From a virus (lineage: Duplodnaviria; Heunggongvirae; Uroviricota; Caudoviricetes), in the IMG/VR virus record IMGVR_UViG_3300025000_000058: DNA of 64,000 nucleotides. The stretch is one strand, 5' to 3'. The position numbers and the translations under genes are program-made. How positions within the stretch are numbered: the first letter of the stretch is position 1; every line of letters begins with the position of its first letter. A model generated the notes under the pieces. That model did not search any database. It was given only the letters and a program-made list of their open reading frames with translations, and was not told where the DNA came from. Of the stretch, positions 35,995 to 46,651 are shown in pieces.

Positions 35995-36642
35995 TTAATC
36001 CCCCATGACATTCTTTTTATATTCTTCATATTTTGAATTGTTTATTATATCACCATATTCAACTTCAGCTTGATTCTCTAAATTTTCTGCTTTAATTTCT
36101 GCAACATAATACTTTTTATCAATCTCTTCTTCTATTTTGTCAATCTCAGTTGTATCAATACTTAAATCGAGATTTAAGTTTTCATTTATTTTATTTACAG
36201 ATACAGCAAATGAATTCTTAATCTTCAATGTATCAATTTTCAATTTAATATCATTTATTTTGTTAGCAAAAATTATTAATTGTTTTTGTAATTTATTTTC
36301 TACTTGATTTATTAATTCAATATTTTTATTATAGATAATTACTTTTTCTTTATTACTTTCCATTAACACAAAACTGTGTTGTGCCAAATCTTCTTTTTTA
36401 TCATTAATTGCTTTTTTTGTTGCTTTATCTAATTGTAATATAATATCTTCCGTTTTGTCTTTAATATCTATTAACCTTCTTTTCTCCGCTTGTATATTAA
36501 TTAATTCATCATTGGCTTTTTTATATGCTTTATTAATTTTTTCATACTCATAATTAAGACATTCAATTTTATCTTCTAATTGTCTAACAAGTTTATTTCC
36601 TCTAGTTACAAATAATCTTGTCAATTTTTTAAATAATTTCAT
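35995..36642 (-). CDS. coiled-coil protein
   Basis: 215 aa. Heptad-rich throughout (NDELINIQAEKRRLIDIKDK...). Confidence 0.45.
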   Translation of the reverse strand: MKLFKKLTRLFVTRGNKLVRQLEDKIECLNYEYEKINKAYKKANDELINIQAEKRRLIDIKDKTEDIILQLDKATKKAINDKKEDLAQHSFVLMESNKEKVIIYNKNIELINQVENKLQKQLIIFANKINDIKLKIDTLKIKNSFAVSVNKINENLNLDLSIDTTEIDKIEEEIDKKYYVAEIKAENLENQAEVEYGDIINNSKYEEYKKNVMGD

Positions 36643-36730
36643 ATAATTCTTCCTCCTATATTATATGTTTATAATTAATATTTTTAGGAAGTAACAATCA
36701 TAAATTTATTACTTCCTAAAAATTAATTTA

Positions 36731-37126
36731 TTAACTTTCTAACTCATTAATCATTTTTTGGATGTCTTCAGTTGATTTATCTAATAAATCTTGTTCTTCT
36801 TTTCCCTTTAAAATCTCCATTAATCTCTGTTTCTTCTCTTTTAATTCTTTTGCTTTTAATCTCTTCTGTTCTTCTTCTCGTTTGATATTAAAAATATACT
36901 TAACAATTTCAATCTTAATTTCTAATTCTTTGTCTTGTTGTGTTTTAACTTCAAGCAAACTTTCTTCTTTAACTTTCTTCAATTCTGAATTTAGTTTTTT
37001 GAATATTAAATCTAATTCTTTCACATTTAAATCGAATAAATCTTCAGAATTAATCATACCCTTAAACGGAAATCTAAATTTCATCCTATTTGCCATTTCA
37101 AACATATCTATATTAGTGGTTGTCAT
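36731..37126 (-). CDS. coiled-coil protein
   Basis: 131 aa with a K/E-rich coiled coil. Confidence 0.4.
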   Translation of the reverse strand: MTTTNIDMFEMANRMKFRFPFKGMINSEDLFDLNVKELDLIFKKLNSELKKVKEESLLEVKTQQDKELEIKIEIVKYIFNIKREEEQKRLKAKELKEKKQRLMEILKGKEEQDLLDKSTEDIQKMINELES

Positions 37127-37158
37127 AATAAATTCTCTCCTTTTTATTTTAATTTATT

Positions 37159-39207
37159 TTAAAATTTAATTTTTAATAATCTTTCTGTACTACCTTTAAT
37201 TTTAACTAATAATTCATTCCTTTTGGTTGAACTAAAAGCAATTCCTGATAATTGATCATTTGTATCTTTAACTGTCATTTTACTTCCAAGTGCTTCTGTA
37301 ACTTTTCTATACTGATTTAGTTCTTGATTCAAATATTCATTGAACATTCCATTCGGTTTTTCTGAGTTGCAACAGCCCTTCAGCATGAACATCACATGCT
37401 TATTCCCAATCCCTTGTTGCAAATTCCAGTAATTAGGTGAATAACAAACAACTGATACTGGTACAAATTGATTAGTTTTCAATCCCCATACTTCTTTACT
37501 TGACACATTTGATGGTAATTTTTCTTTAATAGTAAATCCGCTAGTTTTATTAAAATTAACTTCTGCAACTTGTACTTTTTCACCTTGTCTTAATTCTTTA
37601 TTATAATCAAAACTAAATATTTGCCCATCATATTCTACTTCTGCTCTAAACCCATTCTTTCCTCCTCTGTGGCTATAATTATGAACTAAAAACTTATAAA
37701 TACCTTCTTCCATTTTATTTTTACTAGTCCAAGTTATATTCTCAACAGCAGGTTTGTTTCTTGTTGGGTTAATTATATCAACGTCTAATTGTCCAGTAGT
37801 ACTCCTATTTTCTTTATTTCCATAATAAATTAAATTACCGCTAGGCTCGTAACAATGAGCATCTAAATCATTGCCATCAAACTCATTATCATTCCATTGT
37901 ATACTAAATCTTAATACTCCTTCTACATTTCCACCAGCACTTTTTACTCTTTCTTTCATTGAACTATCTGTAATATTTCCAGTGTATGCCCAACTAAAGT
38001 TATTGTCCCATTTGAACATTGTTTTACTGTCTTTATTTTCAGGTGCAATTAGTGATACCATATTGCTACTATGCTTATTCTCTAAAAATACTTCAATTTC
38101 TCTTGCTGCAGGTAATACATTTGCAATAAAATCATCAATAGAGATTTCTGTAACTTTATTAAACTTTTTAGGATTAAAAGGAATACCTTTCGACATTTCA
38201 TCAAAGACATCTAATCCACCTTGTATTTTCTTAGCAGAATCTTTGTTTGAGAACAAAATATTATTTATATTTATATCATTTAGATTAGCAAATCTTCTGT
38301 CTAATGATTCCATATATCCTAATTCAATAATCTTATTTTTAAAATCATTTAACATTTTTTCTGTATACACTGGTTTGGGTCTTTTATAACCATCACCAAC
38401 AATAAATTCAAATTTACCAACTGCTGTATCCAAATCCATATCTTCACTAATATTAGTAAGTAATGTTCCCATCGAATGATTTTTTAACCTACCAATCGCT
38501 CCACCCACTTTTACAGATTGTTCCCATGTATAATTTTCTTTTTCTTCTATTGTTTCTAATTTATCATATTCTTTCTTGTATTTAAGAAATTCTGTTAATA
38601 CACCTTCCCATTCTTTTCCTCGATATAAACTATTTTGAGAAATTAATTCCAATACAGTAAGTAAACTATCTTCTGTAATTTTTTCTAATGAACCTTTAAA
38701 CACATCTCTAGTGCTTCTAAAGATTCCTTTAATTTCACCTTCACTACGATTACTATTATCTACAAATTTTCTATCCAACTCAAGGTAAAAATGTTCCCAT
38801 GTATTAATTTTACCATTTTCTAATTGCTCAAAATTCTTATCTGTACCAATTTTCTTTAACTTACTAACAAACACGTCAGAAACAACATGTGATTTTACAA
38901 ATTTATCTAAAGCATTTACTACTGGTTGAAATGTTTCACTACCAGTTTCAAAATCCCAAATAGTTTTAATTTGATTATCTTTAAGAACAATTACATTTCC
39001 AATATTTTTAATAAAGTATCTACAACATACGCAATCAAATTCTCTAAGCTTTCTATAAATTGGATTATCTTCTGGTTTAAAACTATCGAGGTATAAATTC
39101 CACATATCGTCTTTGTTTAATTCTACTTGAAATAAATGACTAGCATTTTTAGTTAGCTCTTTAAAATTCTTTTGGAATAATTCTTTAAAATATTTAAAAT
39201 TTGACAT
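37159..39207 (-). CDS. large hypothetical protein (682 aa)
   Basis: Longest uncharacterised ORF in the window. No motif I can name. Confidence 0.5.
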   Translation of the reverse strand: MSNFKYFKELFQKNFKELTKNASHLFQVELNKDDMWNLYLDSFKPEDNPIYRKLREFDCVCCRYFIKNIGNVIVLKDNQIKTIWDFETGSETFQPVVNALDKFVKSHVVSDVFVSKLKKIGTDKNFEQLENGKINTWEHFYLELDRKFVDNSNRSEGEIKGIFRSTRDVFKGSLEKITEDSLLTVLELISQNSLYRGKEWEGVLTEFLKYKKEYDKLETIEEKENYTWEQSVKVGGAIGRLKNHSMGTLLTNISEDMDLDTAVGKFEFIVGDGYKRPKPVYTEKMLNDFKNKIIELGYMESLDRRFANLNDININNILFSNKDSAKKIQGGLDVFDEMSKGIPFNPKKFNKVTEISIDDFIANVLPAAREIEVFLENKHSSNMVSLIAPENKDSKTMFKWDNNFSWAYTGNITDSSMKERVKSAGGNVEGVLRFSIQWNDNEFDGNDLDAHCYEPSGNLIYYGNKENRSTTGQLDVDIINPTRNKPAVENITWTSKNKMEEGIYKFLVHNYSHRGGKNGFRAEVEYDGQIFSFDYNKELRQGEKVQVAEVNFNKTSGFTIKEKLPSNVSSKEVWGLKTNQFVPVSVVCYSPNYWNLQQGIGNKHVMFMLKGCCNSEKPNGMFNEYLNQELNQYRKVTEALGSKMTVKDTNDQLSGIAFSSTKRNELLVKIKGSTERLLKIKF

Positions 39208-39261
39208 ATTTTTTAATCTCCTTTTTTATATTTTTATTTTATTTTTTATTTTTTAATATTT

Positions 39262-39444
39262 TCAATATCCATACTTTTCTTTCATTTTTTCAGCCCAGCT
39301 TTTACAATCAGGACAATACAACGTATTTACACCAAGTTCTGGATCATATCTTTTATATGCCATAGACTTAAAAAATAAAATACCACACTTTTTACATTCA
39401 ACAATAGAGGATTTAATTATATATTTTTGTTTATCCTTACTCAA
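39262..39444 (-). CDS. zinc-ribbon protein
   Basis: CKKCG...CPDC. 60 aa. Confidence 0.4.
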   Translation of the reverse strand: MSKDKQKYIIKSSIVECKKCGILFFKSMAYKRYDPELGVNTLYCPDCKSWAEKMKEKYGY

Positions 39445-39464
39445 ATAATCTACTCCTTTAATTT

Positions 39465-39704
39465 TTATCCATATAATTCAAGATACTCTTCAAATGTACA
39501 TTCACGTATAGGTTTTGTATTTTCGTAGCCTATAAAATCCATATAAATATCTTTGCTTCCCCAATCATCAATTACTTTAACGTTTATCACTTCATATATG
39601 CCAAATCTACCACTTTTCATTTGTAATTTTTCTTTTATACCTATACATTCTGGATAGTAAAACTGTGAGAAAGGAATATAGTAATCTTTACATTTGCCAA
39701 TCAT
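39465..39704 (-). CDS. hypothetical protein
   Basis: 79-aa ORF. Confidence 0.35.
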   Translation of the reverse strand: MIGKCKDYYIPFSQFYYPECIGIKEKLQMKSGRFGIYEVINVKVIDDWGSKDIYMDFIGYENTKPIRECTFEEYLELYG

Positions 39705-39819
39705 TTTTCTTTTATAATATTTACGATGTTTTACATATTGTCTCCATCCATATTCTTCAATGTGACTTATAAATAGTATAATTCTTTTAATTATTTTTTC
39801 TCAACTCCTTTTTATAATA

Positions 39820-40182
39820 TTAATCAGTTATTGACTCATGTACAAAATCACTGCAAACCATATTTCTACATGATTTGCAACATACCAATGCTGGGGTAAA
39901 TGAACATATTGGTATAATACTGCATTCATCTGAATCATATTTAAAACATTCTTTACAGCATCTTGGAATTAATTTTTCTCTATATTCTTGTTCTATAGGT
40001 TTTTTATAATCATCTAATACTTTTTTAATTTTACAATTATCAGAATGTCCTTCTTTTTCGGACATATGACAATATGGGCAATTATAATTTTCTTGATAAC
40101 CATTATAAGCAGTACCACTCTCGTATAAGCAAAATTCTAATTCAGTAATTAAATCATAAAATTCTTTTTCTTTATTAGTCAA
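39820..40182 (-). CDS. Cys-rich (multi-CxxC) protein
   Basis: CPYC, CCKEC and CKSC motifs. 120 aa. Confidence 0.4.
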   Translation of the reverse strand: MTNKEKEFYDLITELEFCLYESGTAYNGYQENYNCPYCHMSEKEGHSDNCKIKKVLDDYKKPIEQEYREKLIPRCCKECFKYDSDECSIIPICSFTPALVCCKSCRNMVCSDFVHESITD

Positions 40183-40295
40183 TCATTTACCTCCTATCAG
40201 TCTATGCTTATTTCTATACTAGTTATTATACATTAATATTTTAAATTTGTCAATAGCCAATATAGAAAAAATTTATATTGGCATTATCATTTAAA

Positions 40296-40736
40296 CTAAC
40301 TTTTTTTATATACTTTTTTAAAACGGCTTTCAACAATTGCTGATAACGGCTCATTTATTTTTGTTTCAGGCACTTCTTGTTTTTGTTTTGTAAATGAAGA
40401 TTTAATAACTTTTTCTTCAATAACTTCTTCAATAATATTGCTATTAATTGTATTCTCAACAAGTTGAATTGTGGTTGTTTCAATTATTTCTTCTTGAATA
40501 CCAGATATCATATCTTTCAATATTAAGTCACGCATATATTTACTTGCATCCCATTTAGTTGTTTCAGTAGTTTTTAATTCACATTGTTTATTAATATGTT
40601 TAAGCATTTCATTTGATACTCTAAGATTTAGTCTTTTATCATTCTTAGTTATATTATTGTCTGACACCGCAATACCTTTCATTTTATTACCTCCTTTGTC
40701 TGACGGTATTAATCTATTGTATGACAAAGGAGACAT
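40296..40736 (-). CDS. hypothetical protein, possible ribbon-helix-helix N-terminus
   Basis: KRLNLRVSNEMLKHINKQ resembles an RHH beta-strand-helix. Confidence 0.3.
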   Translation of the reverse strand: MSPLSYNRLIPSDKGGNKMKGIAVSDNNITKNDKRLNLRVSNEMLKHINKQCELKTTETTKWDASKYMRDLILKDMISGIQEEIIETTTIQLVENTINSNIIEEVIEEKVIKSSFTKQKQEVPETKINEPLSAIVESRFKKVYKKS

Positions 40737-40744
40737 TAATATTC

Positions 40745-41521
40745 TTATTGTTTTTGATACTTTTCATTAATTAATTTTGTAAATTTTTCCATATATAACA
40801 TTGAAATATCTTCTTCATTTAAGCTAATATTTTTATATTGCTCACCTAAAAAAAATAATACTTTTGACATACCATATTCTGATATTAATATTACTAATTT
40901 AGCTTTTGCCATAGGTGACATTTTAATTTTTAATACTTCTTCAAACATATCAGATACTACTTGTTCTTCTTTTGTTGGCATATACCCAAAACCGTATGTT
41001 ATCCAATTTCTAACTATTGTAACAAGATATCCAAAATTAGTTTTTATATTATCGCCTTTGCGTGAAAATATATCAATCGCCGCCATAATATATTTACAAC
41101 TGTCTACTTGTCTTGTATTAAGCCAATAATACATTTCTGTAATACCTTCTTGCTCATTTGTTTGCATATAATGATTTATTTTACTTCTATAATACTTAAA
41201 TAATTTTGCTATATTTTTTTCATGTATATCTGATTCATTTTCTATTTTGACTTCTTCTAAATCTATTTTTTTATTTTGTTTTTTTGAATATCTGCCCCAT
41301 GCTGAAGACACAGCGGATACACTAATTTCTGTTTTTTTTGCATATATCCTAAAGGCTTGTGTCTTTGTAGAACCTGAATTAATTTCACTGTCAATAATAT
41401 TTTTTAATTCTTCATACATTGCAGGAGTCCAATCAATTCTAATTTGATATTCTTGTTTTTGTATATCTTCTTGTTTTTCATGTTCTTGCTGTTGTTCTTG
41501 TTGAATGTTTTCTTCTAACAT
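40745..41521 (-). CDS. DnaD-like replisome organizer/replication protein
   Basis: C-terminal NFGYLVTIVRNWITYGFGYMPTKEE matches the DnaD-domain YxxxIxxxW motif. HTH-like segment upstream. Confidence 0.45.
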   Translation of the reverse strand: MLEENIQQEQQQEHEKQEDIQKQEYQIRIDWTPAMYEELKNIIDSEINSGSTKTQAFRIYAKKTEISVSAVSSAWGRYSKKQNKKIDLEEVKIENESDIHEKNIAKLFKYYRSKINHYMQTNEQEGITEMYYWLNTRQVDSCKYIMAAIDIFSRKGDNIKTNFGYLVTIVRNWITYGFGYMPTKEEQVVSDMFEEVLKIKMSPMAKAKLVILISEYGMSKVLFFLGEQYKNISLNEEDISMLYMEKFTKLINEKYQKQ

Positions 41522-41608
41522 TATATTACCTTCTTTCTATAAAGATAATATAATAATATCATACTTTTTATATTTTTGCAATACAATATTTTATATTAAT
41601 AAAGTACA

Positions 41609-42061
41609 CTAAATTATTTTCCCTGTATCTCTTAACTTCATTAATCTACTACAAAATTCTTGCTCTGTTAATACTGTATGTGATTCATCATTTTTTCCAC
41701 ATGAATGTCTCAATACAGCATTCCTTGTTGAATTTAATGCTCTTCTAAATCCTAAATTTTGGTTATATAATTCTTGATATGCTCTATCTAATAATTCTTG
41801 ATATTTTTTTGAATGTCTGTCATAGGTTACGCCTTGCCAATATAATTTTTGTTCTTTCCACCATTTTTTATTTTTACCTTTATATTTAGCTGGTAAACCA
41901 CTTAATGAGCAAACATATTTCTGTATTTCAATATCTGAAAATTTAAAGCTTTGTAATAGCCCTTCCATTCCAGCAACTTCAATATTATCAAAAATAAATT
42001 TATTGTGTGCAAAGTTGCTTAATTTTGAAGCAGGGTATCCCATACCGCTTTTAATATCCAT
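41609..42061 (-). CDS. NADAR-domain (YbiA-like N-glycosidase) protein
   Basis: GYPASKLSNFAHNKFIFDNIEVAGMEGLLQSFKF matches the NADAR N-terminal signature (F..G..LSNF ... E..xQAxKF). 150 aa. Confidence 0.6.
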   Translation of the reverse strand: MDIKSGMGYPASKLSNFAHNKFIFDNIEVAGMEGLLQSFKFSDIEIQKYVCSLSGLPAKYKGKNKKWWKEQKLYWQGVTYDRHSKKYQELLDRAYQELYNQNLGFRRALNSTRNAVLRHSCGKNDESHTVLTEQEFCSRLMKLRDTGKII

Positions 42062-42083
42062 TTATATTAACCTCCCTTATATT

Positions 42084-42455
42084 TTAACAATAACAAGATT
42101 CTCTATCTATTTTATCTAACTTATCTTTATCAATAATTAAATTAACTTCTAATCCCAATATATTTCTTAAATCAAAATCTTTTTTCCTATCAAATTTACT
42201 TCCCCAATATCCTACTTCTTTTGCTTGTAAATATATTCTATTTTCATCGCTTATTACTCTTATACTTATTATTTGAAAATAATGTTCTTTATTTTCATAA
42301 TTAATACTTAATTTACTATTAATTGTTATATTTTCTTCAGTTACAATATTAATAATAGTCCCCAATTTATCTTGAATTTCTGCTCCTATTATTTTAAATG
42401 TATTCATATTATTTATCCCCTTTACTTTTTTATAATAATCGTAATCCTTTAACAA
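42084..42455 (-). CDS. hypothetical protein
   Basis: 123-aa ORF. Confidence 0.4.
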   Translation of the reverse strand: MLKDYDYYKKVKGINNMNTFKIIGAEIQDKLGTIINIVTEENITINSKLSINYENKEHYFQIISIRVISDENRIYLQAKEVGYWGSKFDRKKDFDLRNILGLEVNLIIDKDKLDKIDRESCYC

Positions 42456-42999
42456 ACATTTTAGCTTGCTCCCTTTTCATTGGCTTTAAACCAATTGCTG
42501 TAATACTACCCTTTGGCACTTCAGTTAATCCATTATCTCTTACACTATAAAAATCATATGGGAATTTATTTAATAATTTTTCTATTGTTTTTGTATTTGC
42601 TTTTAATACAATTTTTTTCATCCCATTGTCAACCCATTCACTATATACTAAATCTTCACGCTCTCTCCAATTACTAGGTATGTCAATTGTTGTTAATGTA
42701 TTTATATGTCCTACTGATACTGCTATTTTTCCAACACTCATATTTAAATCCGTATTAACAATATAATATTGAAGTACTTCTTGATTTCTCCTATATTCTT
42801 CATCAATCTTTGTTGATTTTTTTTCATCTTCAAAATATGCATTACAAAGTAATCTCAATACTTCCATTCCCTCAATTCCTGTTACTACTTTACTTTCTAA
42901 TTTAACTACTCCATCTTCTTTTATACATCTTCCTAATTGTCCTACTTTTTGAGAAGTATTGTATTTACAAAGCATCCAATCACAAATAATTTCTGGCAT
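42430..42999 (-). CDS. PTH2-family peptidyl-tRNA hydrolase domain protein with N-terminal Cys-containing extension
   Basis: VNTDLNMSVGKIAVSVGH aligns with PTH2 TDLGMGKGKIAAQCSHA, and VRDNGLTEVPKGSITAIGLKP aligns with TDAGRTQIAPGSQTVLGIGP. Confidence 0.6.
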   Translation of the reverse strand: MPEIICDWMLCKYNTSQKVGQLGRCIKEDGVVKLESKVVTGIEGMEVLRLLCNAYFEDEKKSTKIDEEYRRNQEVLQYYIVNTDLNMSVGKIAVSVGHINTLTTIDIPSNWREREDLVYSEWVDNGMKKIVLKANTKTIEKLLNKFPYDFYSVRDNGLTEVPKGSITAIGLKPMKREQAKMFVKGLRLL

Positions 43000-43019
43000 T
43001 TTATCATTCTCCTTTTTAC

Positions 43020-43640
43020 TTAATAATCAAATCCATAATCTATTTCATCATTTATTAATAATCGTTTTGCTTTATATTTTTTTAATATATTAACTTCCAT
43101 ACATCCTAATATACCTTCATAACCACAATAATTGCAATAAAAACCTATTTTAAAAATATCATTAACTACTGAAGGACTTTTTGTTCCACATACAGGACAA
43201 TATTTTATTGTTGGTTTACATATACCACTTCTCATTTTATACTCATAATCATAACTATTTACTTTTTTAAACAATTTATCAATCCAATCATTTTTTATAT
43301 CTTCTTCACGACAACTTACTAATACGTCATCTTTTATAATATCATCAAAATGCCTTGTAACATAATCCAATGCTTCTTTTTCTATTTTACATAATATACA
43401 CATCATTATTTTACAAGATTTATTTGTTTGTTTTTTACAATTTAAACATATACAATGCTTGCAAGCTTTAAATTTTCTTTCTAATTTTCTTAATTGTTCA
43501 ACTTCAACTAATATAAGCTCGTTATCAATACTAATATATCCTAATTTGTCATTTTTTATATTATAACAAATAAATACTCCTCTCTTATTATTAAATTCTA
43601 TTAAATCATTTTCTTTAAAATATAATTTTTTTATTATCAT
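43020..43640 (-). CDS. Cys-rich protein with several zinc ribbons
   Basis: CKHCICLNC, CILC, CPVCG and CNYCG. 206 aa. Confidence 0.4.
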   Translation of the reverse strand: MIIKKLYFKENDLIEFNNKRGVFICYNIKNDKLGYISIDNELILVEVEQLRKLERKFKACKHCICLNCKKQTNKSCKIMMCILCKIEKEALDYVTRHFDDIIKDDVLVSCREEDIKNDWIDKLFKKVNSYDYEYKMRSGICKPTIKYCPVCGTKSPSVVNDIFKIGFYCNYCGYEGILGCMEVNILKKYKAKRLLINDEIDYGFDY

Positions 43641-43659
43641 GTTTCACTTACTCCTCTCA

Positions 43660-45636
43660 TTATTTTAACAAGCTCATAAATTGCTGTTCATTAATTATAA
43701 TACTATTCTTACTTTCTTCTGCTTTTTTCAACGTACCTCCTGGCTTATCTCCGACAATAACATAATTTACTTTTTTATTAAAACTCTTACTAAACACTCC
43801 ACCATTTGTAACAATTAATTCTTCAAAATATTTTCTTGGTTGTGATAACACTCCAGTTATTGTAAATACTAAACCTTCAATTCTACTATCACTTTTTATA
43901 TTGTTCTTTATCTTGTTTTCTTCATTATTAAATCTTAAATATTTTAATATCGCATATAATTGTAATAAATTATTTTGATTATTAAAATATTCATTTATAG
44001 ATCGTGCTGTTTCTATTCCTATGTCTTCAACATCTAATAATATATTTATTTTTGCATTAACAATATAATTAATATCGTTATTGAAATAATTGCATAATTT
44101 CTTAGCTGTAGTAATGCCAACATGATTTATACCAAGACCATAAATCAATCTATATAATTCCGTATCTTTTGATTTTTCAATTGATTTTAATATTTTATTG
44201 TAAGATTTCTCTCCAAACCCCTCTAACCAAAGTATTTCTTCTTTATATTGTTCAAGATTATATACGTCTGCAAACTCTGCAATAAAACCTTCTTCAACAA
44301 ATTTACTTATTGTAGCATCAGCAAGTCCTTTAATATTTAAAGCATCTTTCTCAATAAAATGACTTATTTTGTCTACTAATTTACCAAAGCAATTATTATT
44401 AGTGCATACCAATACAGTTGCTTCCTTCAACAATTTAAATTCTACATTATATCCACAATCAGGACAAAACTTTGGAAATTCAATTGTATTACTTCTTGTT
44501 AGATTGTCTTCTATTTTAGGAATTATAGAACCACGTTTACTAATTATAACAGTATCTCCATATCCTAATTGTAATTTTTTAATATAGTCTATATTATGCA
44601 ATGTAGCACGTTCTACTATTGTTCCATCAATCTCAATTGGTTCAAAGTGTCCTGTAGGATTTACAAAACCCCCTCTTGACGTATTCCATAATATATCAAT
44701 TAATTTTGTTTCATATACATCATCTTGAAATTTAAATGCAATTGCATCTAATGGATATTTACTTGTTTTTCCTAGTGATTCTGAATAAGCAATATCATTA
44801 TATTGAATCACGACTCCATCGTAACTAATACCTTTATCTTCTGCAATTTTTTTAACTTCATCAATACATTTTTCAGCATTAAATATCCATCCATTTGTTA
44901 TAATTATACTGGGTGCAGTTTGAAATCCTAATTCTAACAACCATTCTAATTGCTGTGTTTTTGTAGTAAATTTCATACCTTCAACAACTGATATTTTAAA
45001 TGCACGAAAATGTAGCTTTCTTTCTGCACATTTTCTACTGTCTAAATTTTTTACACTTCCTGATGCCAAATTTCTAGCAGTTTTATATTTTTCATTTTCA
45101 GAAAGACCCTCATTAATTTCTTCAAAATCTTTTAAATATATGTATGATTCACCTGCTATTTCCAAATATCCTTTAAATGGTATTTTTAAAGGCACATTTT
45201 TATATGTTCTAATATTATGCGTAATATCTTCTTGTCCTCTTGTTGAAGCTTCAATAAGAATACCATTATTATATTTAATATTTGTTGTAAGTCCATCTAT
45301 TTTTAAACTAGCATAACTTTCTTTTCCTTTAATAAATTCTTCAACACCTTTAATTGTCTTTTCTTTCTTTAAAGATATTAAGGGAATTGTATGTTTAACT
45401 TTTTTAAATTCATCAATCATTTCATAGTTAACTTTTTGCGTTGGGCTATTGCATAATACAAAATCCAATTTTTTCTCCAACATTTCTAATTCTTCATATA
45501 ATAAATCAAATTCTTTATCACTCATAATAGGTTGTGCTAAAGCATAATAACTAAAACAAGCGTTGTTTAATAGTTCAACTAAATATTTTATTCTTTCTTT
45601 TTTTATTGTTCTATCTTTATTTGTCATCTGTGTCAT
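43660..45636 (-). CDS. ligA: NAD+-dependent DNA ligase (LigA)
   Basis: Ia domain (YYALAQPIMSDKEFD), adenylation motif I KIDGLT, Cys4 zinc finger CPDCG...CTNNNC, HhH region and C-terminal BRCT (ITGVLS...VIVGDKPG). 658 aa. Confidence 0.9.
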   Translation of the reverse strand: MTQMTNKDRTIKKERIKYLVELLNNACFSYYALAQPIMSDKEFDLLYEELEMLEKKLDFVLCNSPTQKVNYEMIDEFKKVKHTIPLISLKKEKTIKGVEEFIKGKESYASLKIDGLTTNIKYNNGILIEASTRGQEDITHNIRTYKNVPLKIPFKGYLEIAGESYIYLKDFEEINEGLSENEKYKTARNLASGSVKNLDSRKCAERKLHFRAFKISVVEGMKFTTKTQQLEWLLELGFQTAPSIIITNGWIFNAEKCIDEVKKIAEDKGISYDGVVIQYNDIAYSESLGKTSKYPLDAIAFKFQDDVYETKLIDILWNTSRGGFVNPTGHFEPIEIDGTIVERATLHNIDYIKKLQLGYGDTVIISKRGSIIPKIEDNLTRSNTIEFPKFCPDCGYNVEFKLLKEATVLVCTNNNCFGKLVDKISHFIEKDALNIKGLADATISKFVEEGFIAEFADVYNLEQYKEEILWLEGFGEKSYNKILKSIEKSKDTELYRLIYGLGINHVGITTAKKLCNYFNNDINYIVNAKINILLDVEDIGIETARSINEYFNNQNNLLQLYAILKYLRFNNEENKIKNNIKSDSRIEGLVFTITGVLSQPRKYFEELIVTNGGVFSKSFNKKVNYVIVGDKPGGTLKKAEESKNSIIINEQQFMSLLK

Positions 45637-45639
45637 TTA

Positions 45640-45888
45640 TTAATCCTCCTTTTTATCACAATTACTACGATAAAAACAATCGTCACAATTATATTTTTCG
45701 CAAATATCTAAAGGACATTCATCATCACTGCATATACAATATCCTTTTTCATCACATCCTGGTTCTTCAATACCTTCACAATATAATTGGCATTTACCTG
45801 TATAAAAATCTACATATCTACAACTCATTATATATTCTCCTTCGTTGAATAATAACGCTAGTTGTTTATTACTAGCGTTATATTTCAT
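45640..45888 (-). CDS. Cys-rich small protein
   Basis: 13 Cys in 82 aa. Confidence 0.4.
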   Translation of the reverse strand: MKYNASNKQLALLFNEGEYIMSCRYVDFYTGKCQLYCEGIEEPGCDEKGYCICSDDECPLDICEKYNCDDCFYRSNCDKKED

Positions 45889-46044
45889 GTTATTTACTCA
45901 TATTTTCAAACAACTTTAACATTTCATCATCAAATTTGGTTATAATAAATCGTTCTGCCCAAGAACCTCTCCATGCTTCTTTATTTACATAAAATTTCTT
46001 TGTCAATTTCCACATTTCTCTTCTTTCTTTTCTTAATACTTTAC

Positions 46045-46464
46045 TCATTTATTCTTCCTCCTTTTAAATTTTACCATTCCATTTTTATTAACAATCTTTT
46101 CCAAAGCAATTAATTCTTTGGATTTATCTTTCATCTCTCTTACTTTTAACCTATATATTAATCTGTATAATTCATTCCAGATATACTTTTCATCTCTACT
46201 ATATGCATACCATTCTTCACTAGTAAATAATTCATTTTCAATATCATCTTTTGGGAAAAAACATATTATCTTTTCACTGTATTCATAAAAACCTTTTGTT
46301 ACTTGAAGATATGCTTTATACCTATTGACTTCAATTGTTCTTAATTGTGTACCAATAGGCAAAACAATATCTTCATCTGTCTCTAACATATCATTATAAA
46401 ATGTCGTTTCAACTGGCTTTTTAAGATAATATGTTGTATACATTTTTATATCTGTATATTTCAT
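46045..46464 (-). CDS. hypothetical protein
   Basis: 139-aa ORF. Confidence 0.4.
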   Translation of the reverse strand: MKYTDIKMYTTYYLKKPVETTFYNDMLETDEDIVLPIGTQLRTIEVNRYKAYLQVTKGFYEYSEKIICFFPKDDIENELFTSEEWYAYSRDEKYIWNELYRLIYRLKVREMKDKSKELIALEKIVNKNGMVKFKRRKNK

Positions 46465-46651
46465 TGTATCAGTCCTTTATTTTCTAATTAAAAAAAGAAA
46501 AATACAATTTATAAAAGCGATACCAACTATTATATTATCTGGTTGATAACCAAAAAACAAAGATATAAATAACCCTGTCCACCATAACGCAAATAAATAA
46601 TTAACATATTTTAACATCTTATTATTCCTCCTTTTAAAGTATTAATTTTGG

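Noticed and set aside
43660-45636. ATP-dependent rather than NAD-dependent ligase
   Set aside because: The N-terminal Ia domain, Cys4 zinc finger, HhH and BRCT architecture is specific to LigA-type NAD-dependent ligases.
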